DNA of 64,000 nt from Camelus ferus (Eukaryota). The notes beneath the pieces are model-generated. The model was not told the DNA's origin. It ran no database searches and was given only the letters and a program-made list of their open reading frames with translations. Every line of letters starts with the position of its first letter. Within the stretch, counting starts at the first letter, position 1. Both the position numbers and the translations under genes were made by a program. Positions 37,080-50,539 of this stretch are shown one piece after another. Location: assembly GCF_009834535.1 (NCBI RefSeq), contig NC_045697.1:99450001-99514000 (forward strand), in the 5' to 3' direction.

Positions 37080-40000
37080 CTGAGAAGAGAAACAGTATGT
37101 CCAGGGACCACAAGACAACAGGCTCAATATTTACCAACACTGAGTATTTTCTGAAATGAAACTTTTTTTTACTGCCTTGGAGATATTTAGTAAGTCAGGT
37201 TCAAGTTCAATATGTAAATGCAAATTTCACTCAATAAGCCTGCGTTGGCTGGCTGAAGAAGACAGGGCCACTGATACTAGGTGAGCCGAGGGAGAAATAG
37301 ATGGGGAAATGAGAACCAGTCAGCAGTGGCTCGATCTGAGAAACCTGTATTAGTAAACACTGAAGTCTCACGGGCGTGATCTTACTAACAGCTATAGTAT
37401 TCAGCTGCTACTACGAATGCTGAGGTCATCTACTAGGAAGGTAAGAAACAGGCTTCACGCCCTACACTACTGAGGATGTGAATGGTGCTGGCCTGCCCCC
37501 AGATCTTCATAAACAGGCCCCTTTCCCATCAAAGGCCTTTGTGGAACGGAGCTGGAGTTGTTTATCCCGCTTTCTTTTTCTATTAGGTTTACTTTCCCCA
37601 TGTTAAACCCTGTCAACTTTACTGCCCAGAAACCTGTCTTCAGAATAGGACTTTGCACTTTGAAGGCTCCTTTTTAAGAAATGGCAGGGGCAGTAAACAT
37701 AAAATAGGAGCCAGGGCCCCAGCTCATCAGTCTCCTCCATAAAACACAAGCTCTCTCTCTTTCTCTCTCACACACACAGTAGCAGCCCAATAAGATCTGT
37801 TGAGGGAATGTAAGCAACGGAGTAGGAAGCAGCTGAAGAGAAAGAATCCCCGCTGTGTCCTCCCCCTGTGCCTCCTTCCCAGTCAAAAGGGTTCAAGGAA
37901 AGAATGGTTTATGACACACTGCTGTTCACGACCAGCGGCGCAAGTTTATTCTGCCTGGGGCCCACGTGGGACGAGTTGGGTCATCTCCATATGTTCTCAG
38001 GGTGAAATTCTTCCCTTCCTGCCCTTTCATTTCACAAGCAGGGTCTAACTGAAAACCAGCCGCATGGAGACACCACAGGCCCCACGGTAAGGCAGCCTGC
38101 TCACACCGAGATGGAAGGCAGGCTGCGGGACGGAACCCGACCACCACAACGTGACGAATGGCCTCTTTCCATCTGTATCCCAGGGTCCAACCTCCTTCCC
38201 TGTGGGGCTCTGCCCACAGTCGGTGCTGTGACCACGGCCACCAGCCTGCACCCTGGAAGGCCTCCGGAATCCACTGCGTGTGGCTTCCAACCCCACAGGC
38301 CAAGTCTGTTTCAGTGACGGAGGTCGGGAGGTTCAGGTTCAAATGAGGCAGCCGCTGCAGCACCCACCAGGCTCTCCCTAGGTCAGAACCAGAACACTTC
38401 AGGATTTTTTTTTCCCCGAAGAAACTGAATTTGGGACTTGTCAAAACTGCTACAAATACACCCTAAAGTGGGAGACCAGAGTGAAACTCTTGGGCCCCAC
38501 TGGGACTCAACTCCTACCAACAGCCCTAAAATCAAACAGAACCAGAAAAAATTCAGGTCTACAAGTCAGCTGGGCTCCTGAAGCTCCATCCAGCAGGCAA
38601 TCTCCGGAAATAGATGAAGCAGGCCAACATGCTAGTAAAGGGCGTATGTTATTATTATTTTTTAAAATAACAGTCATCTGACATGTGTCTGTAGTGCTTA
38701 CCAGTCTACCTTGCATTCTCTGAACAGTTTCATCTTGTATTCACAACAAATCTAGGAGGGAGAAGGGTAGACATGATCAGCTCTGTCTTATGGAGGACGA
38801 AACTAAGGCTCACGATGGCAAAATGATTTTCCAAAACAATCTGACTAGTGAGTAGAGAACAACAACAACAAAAATTCAGGTCTCAGCTCCCTCCACGGCT
38901 CACCTCAGAAAGAATCTTTGCTTTTTTAGAAGCAGCAAAGCATCTCTCTTATTTTTCCCCATACTGCCCATTCTCCTTAGAGGTATGGGAAGAAAATACC
39001 CCCAACTTTTATCCACACAACTGATACTCAGCAAGTCATGTCTGAATCGATGAACACTCCGGCTCCACCGCATTTCAATACACCTTCATCCCTCCTGCCC
39101 TGGGCCAGATTTAGGGCGTTCCGTGTGTCGCATATGGGATCCTAACAGTCAGAAAAACAAGAAGGAATACAGATGAATGTGCTCCTTGTTTGCACATGAA
39201 TGTCATTTGGGCTCCTCAGACCGGACTATTAAGACTTTCCTGACTTGTGTTCTTTTTCTAATATGCAGGTCTGTCTGGAAAAGTTACACCCACTGGGCCG
39301 CCATCCACCTCTCTGGAAACTTCAGTTGTTTAGTTTTCCCTCTCAGTTTTACCAAAAGGTTCTCCCAAGTCTTCCCTGTTTTAACTAAGCCAAATGATGT
39401 TTTGTTAATGGCAGGGTTTGGGGGTTTCGTTTCGTTTGAAAATCAACTTGCCATTCTCTGCCTGTCCCCAGGCATTTGGTCCTTCCACTCCGCCTCCAGG
39501 CCCACGTTCTCTCCCACACGCTGGCTCCTGCAGCCTTCAAAGAAGCCCAGTGGCAAAAGAAACACTCTAGGTTTTTAAAAAACCAACCTGATGATAGTGG
39601 AACTCAGCCCTGGGAATACCAGGTGCAACTCACTCACTGTTAGCTTTGCTGCCAGCGGAGAATGGCCAAACCATCTCCCTAATTCTGCTGATATGTCCCC
39701 ATCGCTCAGCACTCAGTAAGAAGGAATGAATGAATGAACGACTTAAGAGAAAATTTTCCAAACTCTTGACTGAAAATATAAATCACTGAACAAGCTAAGG
39801 GTCAATGACCACTCAGCTATTTACCCTTTAGTGGCATGTACAACTTTCAAGCCATGTTTATTTGTCTTGTTACAATCATTTAAATGTTTTACTCACTTAC
39901 AAAATTTTTCTCAACTATTTTCCTATGATTTGCTGCCATAGGAGCCATGTGACCTGCAACGTGGATACCAGTAATCAAAGTGTGGAATCTACAGATCGGA

Positions 40001-42549
40001 CTCCTCAAAGACAATTAGAATGTTGTTGATTTCATTATACATTTGTATGAGTAGATCAGCCATTTCAAAGTTTATTTCTTACATCTCCCAACTTCCTGTA
40101 TCTGGGTGTTTATGTCTTGGGTTTCCCCCATCACCTCCTTTCCCACAGCTTTTCCTAATATTCTGCTTTTTACTTCAAGTTACTATGAAGCATGACCTCA
40201 AACCAGCATTTATTTCCTGACCTCCAAAATGAAAAAGACTCATAAACAAAAAACGAAAAAAAAAAAAAAAAGGAAGAAATTTTTAGCAACTATTTTTGGA
40301 CCCCATAAACAAGGCTTATTTTTCCAGAGGAGAATCCTTTAACCTACTTTGAGGACTACAGCACAGCTTGAGCACACGGGGTTCAAAGTTTTATCATAAG
40401 ATGGGAAAAAAACAAAGATTTAATATTTAAAATGCTGTAATTTTTTCCCCCACAGTTAACCACCTAGTTCAATAGTAACCTTAGAAAATATTATTTTTAA
40501 AAGGACAATCCACACAGGTTAGTGTCAGGTGATTGCTGCTGTACAGAGGCTGCAGTTGCTGAGTGATAATTTGGAAATGCTCCCCTTTAAAATCCCCTCT
40601 ACAGCCTTCTGCACTGGAGGATCTGCTCCCAGGACCACAAGGAAGCTGTTAGCCTAGCCGGCTGTGAACAAGTTCACAAAATCGAGGATTTGTTTATGTT
40701 TCAGCCACAGTAGAGAGAAACCGAAAGATCTAACTGGCTGTTGTCTAACCTGTTCTTGTCTTTGCTTTCTTCTCCCCAAGCTCTTAACAAACAGGTAATG
40801 GGTAGTTCAGCATTTGGGACCAGTTACTCATCTTGCTTTGCAGTCACAGGGCTGTTCCCAGCAGAGCAGCCAGTAACTTCAAAGGACACCCTTAGTTTGG
40901 ATCAGTTTCACAGGGGACAGAGGCCAGACCCGAGGGCGTCCTTGTAAAACTCAGGACAATTACTTCATTCCCTGCGCCTGGTTACCTGAGCCACACTGTA
41001 CACAGGCAGTAGCTATTACCCTCCAATCATAAGCCAGAAGGGGTCCCTGCTCGACCCTATTTGACTCCCTCTGGAAAAGGAAAACAGAAGATGGGTCCCT
41101 GCCGTGGTCCCTCCCATTTCTTACTAACTCCTGCTCTCTGTGCCTGGTCAAAAGCTACTGAGAGAAGTTATGTTTTTAGAGGTGCTCAGCCAAAGCAGGC
41201 ACACTGTCTGAAACTGGAAAATCCGAAAATACTTACAATTTCCTTCCTTGGCTCTCACCCAAGAGCGCGCTTAGCCAACACACAACTTGCAGTTTTAAAT
41301 TACAATACAGTTTCAAAATTAAAAAAAAAAGGCACCCAGGTTGTTTAGAAACACCTGAAATCCCACCTATTGGGTAGGGCTGCTGCCTTCATTTGGAGCC
41401 ACATTTTCCCAGAAACTCTAGCTACAGATGTACTGAAAACCATCACTTCAAATTATTTTACATCTGTGGCCATTTGTCCTACAGATGGCTTCTTAGGCCT
41501 CTAATATTTTTGTCAAAATTTATGCTTTCTCCTTGAATTACTACTGGTCTAGATTTACTTGACTACAGGATTCCGACCCTAATAAACTCATGTAAACTTT
41601 CCAATTCACCACGATGCTTTCTCTTTCTGGATTCAGCACAAGCCTTCTCTGAATCTAAGCAGCGGCCCTCCATGCATGTTTGTTTTCCGATATTAGAGCA
41701 TCTTTCTGTGCACACAGAAAACATTAAAGGCTTCAGTGATGTGTCCAAAATCGCTCTAAGCTGGGAATAGCTGATCTTCACAGAGGGTTCTACTGTCCCC
41801 ACACAGGCTCTGCCCCACAGGTGTGGCCCTAAGATCTTGTCCCCTCAGTATCCAACTGCAACTTTTCTTTCTTTAATTCCACTTGGGTAAACACACATAT
41901 TCAGACCCAAACTCTCATAAGTTAAACTCTGGTATCCTTTTCTTTTCTCTTCTTTTGTTTCACAATAGAGTTAAACAATACACTATCTGATTGCCTGAAT
42001 GCTACAAGGGCTCTTACCCGTTTTATTTTAATGAGCTTCCACATCAGTGTGAGACAAAGTCTAGGAAATTTAAAGTATCAGAAAGGATGTGACTGGCTCC
42101 AGATCCGACAAGTATGACAGAACTGGAACCAAAGTACCAGCTTTCAGACTCTCGCCAATAGGGTTAACTCGTCATATCACTCTGTCTTGTGAATATATTG
42201 TAAATATAAATGGAACTTGAACCACTTAAAGAGGGTAAGGCGGAAAGAGAGAAAGGGGGAAGGGACGAAGGAATGAATGAACAGTAAACTACTTCACTAG
42301 AAATTTTCTTCCTGTTTTTGAAGATGTATCCATCTGACTCAGGATAAAAAACAAAAACACAAAACAGACTCTTCCACCAGCCTCTTTCCTGTACTACAAA
42401 CTTCCATATTTTTGTGTGACTCTAAGTCCTTTAAGCAATCATGTTCTCTGTCAGCGGAGGGTCCATCTATCTTGTACATCTCACCACTGAATATGATTTT
42501 AGATACTCATCCCTGTCATAGAATCCCATACTAAGCCAAATAAAATATC

Positions 42550-42965
42550 CTATTAAGCAATATTTACCTCGACATTCTGTTATTTGGAGATTTGTACTGT
42601 TCTTAGTTTTTCACTGTTGTAAATAATGCTGCCCCAAGAAACTTCATTCTTTATAAGTATTTGAGGATTTCTGTGGTTTTAAGGCTATGAAAAGTAAAGT
42701 TTTAGCTCTTTTTAATTATTGCAAGACTCTTCTCTAGATATAACATATTCATTTACAGAAACATCAACAAAGTGTAAGTGAAGATGGTTTCCCATATTTT
42801 GACCAACACTGGGTTTAAAACTTCTATTTACTTTGTCTCTAGTTTCTTAGGCACGAAATTTCACCCTAAATTTGTCTTAATATGTGTTCCTTTAACTCCT
42901 AATTAAGGTGTGTCCTTTTCAGAGCGATAATTTATGGTCTGTATTTCACCCTATGTAAACTGTCT
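42550..42965 (-). mobile_element. Old L1 (L1M-type) fragment
   Basis: 'ttagtttttcactgttgtaaataatgctg...tttcccatattttgaccaacactggg'. Confidence 0.65.
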
Positions 42966-43299
42966 ATCCACTTCAAGACTCGCACTGCCTCTTTTTAAGC
43001 ATGGAGTAGTGCCACCGGTGGGAAATGGGGTCAAAAACAATTATGTAACCACAACAAAATATGCCATCAACTCTTGAGGGCAAAACCCACAATTCTTAAG
43101 GAATTATGTTAAGGAAAATGGGACACACTTAGCCTTCTAGATATGAGTAACAATCATTTGTAAATACTTATTAACAGGTTCCCACATATGCAAAATTGTT
43201 CCCACAAAATTTTGTTCCCACAAAATTGATCTGTTCAAAGGGAGAAAGCCCTTTCCCTCCTCCCTTACAACATTCTCCACCATCCACTTTCCACCTGGC

Positions 43300-43925
43300 C
43301 CCTGCTCGCAGACACCCCCCAATTTCTCCGTCATGTCAGGGCTGCCCATCCAGTCATCCAGGTACAATCTTATAATCTTCTTTGAATGTTCCTTCTTTCA
43401 GCCAGTTACTCTCTCTCCAAAACACCTTTTCTCTTCCATTCTCACTCATGACTTTCCTCATTTCTGCCCAGACCGACGCATTTCCCAGCAAACTTGCTTT
43501 CTGGGTATTCTAGTCTTTGCTTCTCCATCCATCCCATATGCTGCTACCAAATAAACTTCCTATAGCACAGATCTGACCTGTCCCTCCTGGGCACAAAATT
43601 CTGGGGTGCTTTATGCATCACTAAAACACATTCCAACTGGTCCCTAACCAATCACACTCAATTTGTACCTTTCTTTGGTATTTATAAGCTTCTTGAGGAA
43701 AGAGAGTTTGCATTATCATCTTTATATCTTCTCAGTGCTTAGTAAGATTCTAAGTGTACTCAGAAGAACTATTTTGAACTAGAGTTTCTTGTGTACCCAT
43801 TTCATTGTACCAATTCAAACTGTAAACTTCTTAAAAACAGTGTCTTAATTATATCTCCCATGGTTCAGTGCTTCCTACGTAGTAGAATTTCCACAAATAA
43901 TTGTTTAACAAATGAACCAAGGAAT
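43300..43925 (+). mobile_element. L2 LINE fragments
   Basis: 'tccatcccatatgctgctaccaaataaacttcct...cagatctgacc' and 'ctgtaaacttctt...tatatctccca...aaataattgtttaacaaatgaa'. Confidence 0.6.
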
Positions 43926-44344
43926 CAATAGCTCTTAATTCCAACCTGGATCCACTAGCTGTGTGCTCTAGAAAAAGCCACCTAGAAACAAGGGTATTTA
44001 AAATGTCAACTAAAAGGAAGACAGTAATCAGAATACTCCTATAAATCAGATATCAAAAAGATATTGTAGACATAGATAAATAATAGGACTTCAGGTTAAG
44101 CTCTATTATCAAATCATAATTAACATACAGATGTGCCACAGAGAGAAATGTGTTACCAAAAGACTGCTTTATGAAGAAATGACTCCTCCTAGAAATCTAC
44201 TCCTTCCAAAATTATTATAAATAAGGTTCAGTTTGCTTGATCAGATTTTGATCAAAAATAAAAAGGATGGAACTCCCCCTTGACAATCAGCTACCCATTT
44301 TTCTTATTCCCAGCATGATTTAACAGATGTTGCCTGGACTAACA

Positions 44345-44495
44345 TGAGGAGATTCCAAATTCTTGAGCATTCTTTAATTAGCTTCATGACCTTGAGTAAG
44401 TCACTTCACCGTAGGGGTCTCTGTTTCTTCAGCTGATAACTGAGTGTTTGGCTCTGATCTTTAAGATTCCACTCAGCTCTAGAATCCAATGATTT
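44345..44495 (+). mobile_element. MIR3-like SINE
   Basis: 'catgaccttgagtaagtcacttcacc...tctctgtttcttcagctg...atctttaagattccactcagctctagaatccaatgatt'. Confidence 0.75.
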
Positions 44496-44515
44496 GTGAG
44501 TTAAAAATAAACTTT

Positions 44516-44850
44516 TTACTGATATACACAACAGCATGAACGAACCTCAAATGCATTATGCTAAGTGAAGGAGTCAGATTCAAAAGGCTACATACTCTGT
44601 GACTACATTCACATGATGTTCTGGAAAAGGCAAACTACAGGGATAGAGAGAGAGAGATCAGTGGTTCCTAGGGATTGAAGATGAGGGGAGGGTCTGACTA
44701 CAAAAGGATAACATGAGGAAATTTTCTTTGGAGCTGGAGTAACGGAATTGTTCTGTGTCTTGACTGTAGTGGTTACATTACTCTGTGCATCTGCCAAAAT
44801 TCACAGAACATTACACCAAAAAGAGTGAGTTGTGCTGTATGTGAATCAAA
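44516..44850 (+). mobile_element. L1MB/MC-type LINE-1 3' end
   Basis: 'catgaacgaacctcaaatgcattatgctaagtgaaggagtcagattcaaaaggctacatac...ggaaaaggcaaactacaggga...tgactgtagtggttaca'. Confidence 0.88.
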
Positions 44851-45269
44851 TGATTTAAGGCATGAAAAAACCTATTTCTCCAAATCCAATGCAATTTTCA
44901 ACAACATAATAGCTGGGCAGTTTCCCCTAAGGAGTTAATATTAACCTTCTGTATTTGCTATCACCATTTGGTTCTAAGACTGATGAACCACGTTTGTATC
45001 CAGATAATTTGCTGCTTGTTTCTGTGGTGTTACTGTTGTCTTTAGTCTTTAGACAAACATTCTACAGAATCCTTTCTGTGAAGCTCATTTTCTAGTGTGG
45101 TACATCTAACAATGAAAAAGTAAAATGAACCCAAGTGGGAATGATTTTTGGGCTGCCCTGGCCCTGCATGGCGTTCACGGAATGTTGGAATGTTGTTATT
45201 ACTCTTGTGATTCATACTAAAGAAATGAGGTACAGAGCGTGAATAATAGTAACAACATGGCAGTAACAA

Positions 45270-45515
45270 CAACAGCTAACATTTAATTAGCACTTACTGT
45301 GTTCCAGGTACTGTTTTAAGTGCTCACACACAGACTGACTAAGGGCTACAGAAACTCATCTACCTCTCAGAGCAGTCCCCAAATGGGTTATGTTATCCTC
45401 ATTTGACAGTGGAGAAACTGAGAGACTAAACAATTTCTCAAGTCAAATGGCAAGTAGATGGCAGGGTCAGAAGTCAAACCTAGAGTCTAAAGTCAAACCT
45501 AGAGTCTAACTCTTA
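45270..45515 (-). mobile_element. MIR SINE carrying a 19-bp tandem duplication (45471-45508)
   Basis: 'cacttactgtgttccaggtactgttttaagtgct...gagaaactgag'; aagtcaaacctagagtcta present twice. Confidence 0.8.
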
Positions 45516-48229
45516 CCACAAAGCTAAAATTCTATGTAGAAAAGCTTTATTCAAAGGAGCAATTTATTCATCTTTTTGGACAGTCTATAACTACTACTAT
45601 GTGATTCCACAAATTCTTATCCAGGCTTTCTTCAGAAACTGAACAGAAGGCCTTTTCTCCTTAGACAAGCCCTGGTGAGTTCACGGAGAAGTGGGCATTG
45701 TAGCAAAAAGCCCTGCCTGGACCATGGCTCACAACCAGGCACAGCCGCATCTTCTATCCCGCCCTCAGGGTGCGCAGCAGAGCTGGCGTTGGCTGAGAGG
45801 CCAGCTTTTCTTGAGGCCTTCCAAGACTAAGCAAGAGAAGGAATGTGCTTCTCTGACCAGCCACTAGAAAGGGTCTACTTTTTTCTTTAATCATTTTGCT
45901 GATTTTTAGAGGTTTAGGCCTCTGTGTAGAAACGTGTCCCAAAGCAGACAAGTGTCTGTTCCTGAAATGACCAGTTCTCTGCACAAGGCAAAAGAAGCTG
46001 TTAGAACCCTTTGGACCAGAGGAGATGGTTAGTGAAAATTCAGCTAGGCTGAAGGAAACCAACCAACCCAAAAAGAGTCCATTAGACAGTACTTGTGAGG
46101 TGTTCAGACCCGGAGAACTTTGTCTGAATGTAGCAGAAAGGCAGATTATACAGAGAAAGGGCTCTCAGCTAGTTCTTGGGTTTGTTTAGTCTGCTTATCT
46201 CAAGTCCAAGCTAATCATCTTAATGGTTGTTTATGAACAGAAAAGGGGTAAAATGGCCTTTCAAAGAAAGCAGGGCAGGCCTAGCCCAGCCAACACTAGA
46301 TCACAACTCCCCTTTCCCCACTTCCCCCAATTTCCACAGAACCCCAAACTTCTTATTATGAATCTCCACACAGAGCAAGTAAAACAACAGATAATAGTTT
46401 TATTTATGTCTTATCCTTCTCTTCAAACCAGACTATAACCTCCAAAAAGGGCAGGGACCTTCTCTGTTGTTCATAGCTATATCTGGCTAATACATCATTT
46501 TTGCAATAAAACTTAAAAAAAAAATCACAGGGTTAATGGAGTTCTTTAGGGGAAAGAAGGGAACTTAGACTGATTTTAAGGCCCAGCTTTTTCCTGATGT
46601 AGACACCAGAATCTTGTGACCAAGAGTTAACGTGTCCCTCCTGCAAAACAGCCTTTACAAAATCTTCAAACTAAGCCAACTATGGATTTCCCAGGGTCAA
46701 GGACCTAAACTTTCAAAATTCTAATCCAGTTGGAGGAGGGGAGGGGTTAGCATTGGGAAGAGGCAGTCAACACAGCCATCCGTCTCTAGGCCACCTACGC
46801 CCCCTCCTCAAAACAGACTCAGAGGAGAAACCAGGTGAGGCATGTTTGCCTTAACCGAGAAGCCCTCCTCCAATTAATGCGTTATAGCTCCTTTAAAACA
46901 GAGAACAAACGGCTGGCAGCTCCTGATCCCGGAGGCTGCAGTGCAGTAATTGTCACTTAGCCACTTAACTCCCAGCTGCACTGCTCACTCACTTGTCCTG
47001 GTTTATCTCTCAGCCAATTACTGCTGTCATTTGCGTTTCAATGTGTGCCGTCAGGGGCCCGGCCCAGGCGACAGGGGACCAGGAAACACCAGGACAGGAC
47101 GCTGGCTTGCAGGGGCTGCTCTGTGGAAGTTGCAGGGGTGTTCTGAAGAGAGGCCCACAAAACCTCTCCAGAGGAACCCAAGGACCCAAGGGTCCCTACC
47201 TGCACTGTTCTGAGCCTGGTCTACACCGAGGCAACCAGAAAGAGAGCTATCTGACCCTTAAAAGCCCCAAGTCAACAGTGATGATAGTGGTATTAAAGCA
47301 CTAGAAATTTTAGCTGCTGAGAGTGACAGCAGACAAGAGACAAGCAGGGGAAGTAGCCAGGATGACTGCAATGTTTTATTGTGAAATCAAGACAGGCACA
47401 AGGGCCAATTATGAAGACAGCAAAAGCCTTCACTCAGTTCTCACTGCTCTTTTTCAAACTCAGATTTCCACACAGGGGGGTTATTTACCTATAATCTGGC
47501 CCTGAAGTGTAGGGAACGTGTGGATTTTCATAGGCACTTCTGAGTTGAAATATCTAAAAATTGTATTTGTAGACTATTGCCATATTACAGATTTGTGGTA
47601 GATTCGTACTTTGTCATAAAATTTGATTTAAAAAGATTCCTTAAAGGCATAACCAGATGTGAATTGTTATAATTAAATCAGAAAAACAAAGAAACAAACA
47701 CAACACCTTGCCAGTTGCTGTGTCCAGATTTTTAGTTTCTGAAAAGATGTCTCTCTGGTTGCTCAGTGGGTCCTAACCACAAAAGTGAAGTCTTGTCTTT
47801 GCAAATATTTTGTTTACTCTGCCTTCCTGGATCAAATCTATATACCATTGTTCACTTCCTTAAGGTTTTTATCCCAGAAGATTTAAACCTCCCCTGTTTG
47901 CAGAGGAAGCATCTTAGCTGAAATGTTATTAACCTAGCTTGAGACATCCTTTGGAATGCACTTGATCTACCTGGGACGTAAAAGCATGTGGTTTAAACCC
48001 TGACTACTATGGGAAGCAAAGGGGAAAGGATGAGAGGCTGAGGAACAGACCAAGTCTTTTACAACTGGCTCCTGCCTGATCCACTACAGATGGTTGGCAG
48101 CAACTAGGAAGGCAGCATGTGCCAATGTAGAGGGCAGAGTATCTATTGGCTGGCTGGGTGGTAGGCGATCTCTGGGTTGTCAGCATCTTCGTTTCCCCAG
48201 CTGAATAGCAGTGAGGTTGTCTTGCTCAC

Positions 48230-48420
48230 CCTGCAGTTTGCAGCAAGCTCCCTCTGACATTCCATCCTCCAAAGCTCCAGCAACCACAGCGGAAGGGCCA
48301 GCAGCTGAGGCTGGAGGAGATCTGTTCTAGCTGGATCTACACAGCCCAGTCTCTGGGTCTAAAATACTCCTCCTAACTTCTCTGCCAATGAGTATTCACA
48401 GGCCTGATGACGTTAACAGG
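48230..48420 (-). promoter_or_regulatory. Candidate promoter and short first exon (ATG 48265, MECQRELAANCR)
   Basis: CCAAT 48385-48389, CRE-like TGACGTTA 48408-48415, strong Kozak AGGATGG, donor AGG|GTGAGC at 48229; G4 motif 48489-48515. Confidence 0.4.
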
Positions 48421-49194
48421 CGCTGTTGGCTCTATTTGCAGGCAAGATCCGTGTACACCAGGATTTCACCCAGCTAAGGTAGAAATCTGGGAGGGAAAGG
48501 GGGAGGGGGCACGGGAAGATGAACCTGTCCTCCTGCTGAGTGTGTGGAGAGGGGCTAAAAGGGCTGGTGAGGTGCCAAAGTAATTGTCTACCTCATCTTC
48601 GGCTGTGCAAAAATGAGATGGCCTAGCTTGAGCTGACTGCCATCCTCAGGCTCTACACTCCCCACTGAATACCAGAGAAGGGAGTCTGTCCAGTGAATAA
48701 CCAAGAAAAATTACACGTCAAATAAAGCTAACCAGGTGCCTCCAATGCTGGCTGGGGGAGACCCCCACGGCCCTCACTCATCTTCTCTCACCTTTTCTAA
48801 TTAAGAAAACTTTAAACTTGGAACTAATTTGCTCCTTTCCTGCTCCTTTTCAGTCATCACCCTGACCCAGCTCTGCTGAGAGAAAGAGAGAGCACTTCAA
48901 AAGATGGAGAGTGTGGTTCCTGAGATGGCTAGTGGCCAGAGTGTGAACTTCCTAATTAGGGGCCCACACAAAAGTCACTTTCCCTTCCTTTCATGTTTTT
49001 AAAAGTGCTGTTTCAAGCTGAACACACTATTCAAACATCTTCCCCTTCCCTCCCTCCCTCCTTCCTCTGTCTCTCTCTGTCTCTGTCTCTCTCTTTCTCA
49101 GCTGAGCAGTAGCTTCTCTCTGGGTTACAGAGTGTGCAATAAACTGTCCTTTTTCTTTTGTCTGAAAGCCAAAAGTCATTTGATAGAGAAACAA

Positions 49195-49340
49195 GTTCCT
49201 CTTCTCCGGCCCTTCCCCCGTGAGTGGCCGCCCCACTGAGGTCTGGAAGCCTGCCAATGATCGATGGCCCAGAACGAAACCCAGGCCAATCAGCAGGGCG
49301 GATCTGGGCCCACGTCTGCAAAGGAGCTGCCCGGCCACAG
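49195..49340. promoter_or_regulatory. Candidate NF-Y/Sp1 promoter
   Basis: Two CCAAT boxes 32 bp apart (49254, 49286; second is GGCCAATCAG), GC boxes at 49228-49234 and 49296-49301, local CpG retention. Confidence 0.55.
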
Positions 49341-49479
49341 CCTAGGCTGCTGCTCCCCATCGTCCTTGAAGCTGCCCTGGGGGTTGGCGGGTGTGGCTCA
49401 GCCAGGAGCCCCACCTTTCTCAGCATCACAGAGTCCCCTGCAGTTGGGGTGCAACATACCTTTCTCCATTCTCTTTTGT

Positions 49480-50330
49480 CAGATTTAACTTTGAACGAGA
49501 AGAACCTTTGCTCCTACCTATCCATTTCCAGCCACGCCAGCTGCTCTCTCCAACTCTCACAGAGCAAAGCCGTGGGACCCCCCCACCCCAAACCAGATTC
49601 TCTGAGAGATCATCCCGAGAGCTCAGCCTGGACTGCCAGTGCTGCCCTGCCCATCTCCACAGACAGGCCAAACCTGCACATCCAAAGTGGAATCCATTAT
49701 CTTCCTCTCCAAAGTGACCCTTCCCTTAGTGACACCCCTGCCCTTAGGGCTGGGGTGCAGGCTTCACTGCTCCCTCTCCTCACCCCCTGCAGCCATCAAC
49801 AAGCTTTTAGAATTTTACTTCACACCCATGTCTCAAATCCAGCTCCCAGAATCCAGAGATGAGGCCATGGCCCTAGTTCAAGCCCAAACCCATGCCATTC
49901 ATAATCCTCACCCACCTGCCCCCGAGGAAAGACCTAATACATAACTCCATGGTCCAGTGCCCCTTTCTCAGCATGACGGTCCGAACCCATATGCCTCTCC
50001 ACTGTCACTGCAGTCACTCCCAGCAGCATGACCTGCAGTGCCTGCCTCCCCCTTGTCCTGGCTCACCTGAGAACGGCCCCTCCCCCACCTCTTGCATCTA
50101 ATAACTAAACTTTGCCTAGTCTTTTTCTTTGACTTCACCTGCAGAGCACGCTACGTGCTGCCCCTCTGGGCCCCCATCATGTTCACACACATTTCTGTCA
50201 CTGCACCTAGTTCCTCCTGGGCACCTAGGGGTGAGGGGCAGTGCCTGCATAATATTTCTGCTTGTGGTCTCAGCACCCTGTTCACACAGGCACACCTGTT
50301 ACACACAGCAGGTTCTCAGCAACTGGGACA
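49480..50330 (+). mobile_element. L2 LINE fragments (degenerate)
   Basis: C/T-rich '...tccaaagtggaatccattatcttcc...ttttagaattttactt...gtctcaaatcc...gcacctaggggtgaggggcagtg...acacagcaggttctcag'. Confidence 0.55.
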
Positions 50331-50539
50331 CTGCACTTACGCCTTCAGATGACAGGTTAATGCCATCTATTACCGCAGGGCAATCCATACCTTAGCCAGA
50401 ATTAGATCCATTTCCATGCTATCTATTTAAAGGAGACAGACTCCCAGACACCAAGGATTGTGTCTACGTAACATGTTTTGTCTGGCAACTTATCTGCTTC
50501 AGGTACTTAACAATGTGATGGAGTTGAAGGTGATGACGA

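Noticed and set aside
40781..40794. Plus-strand 14-nt microexon-like pattern
   Set aside because: Not frame-preserving, opposite to the inferred gene strand, and such patterns are expected by chance
49224..49862. 212-aa plus-strand ORF
   Set aside because: Spans promoter motifs and degenerate L2 sequence; no recognisable protein
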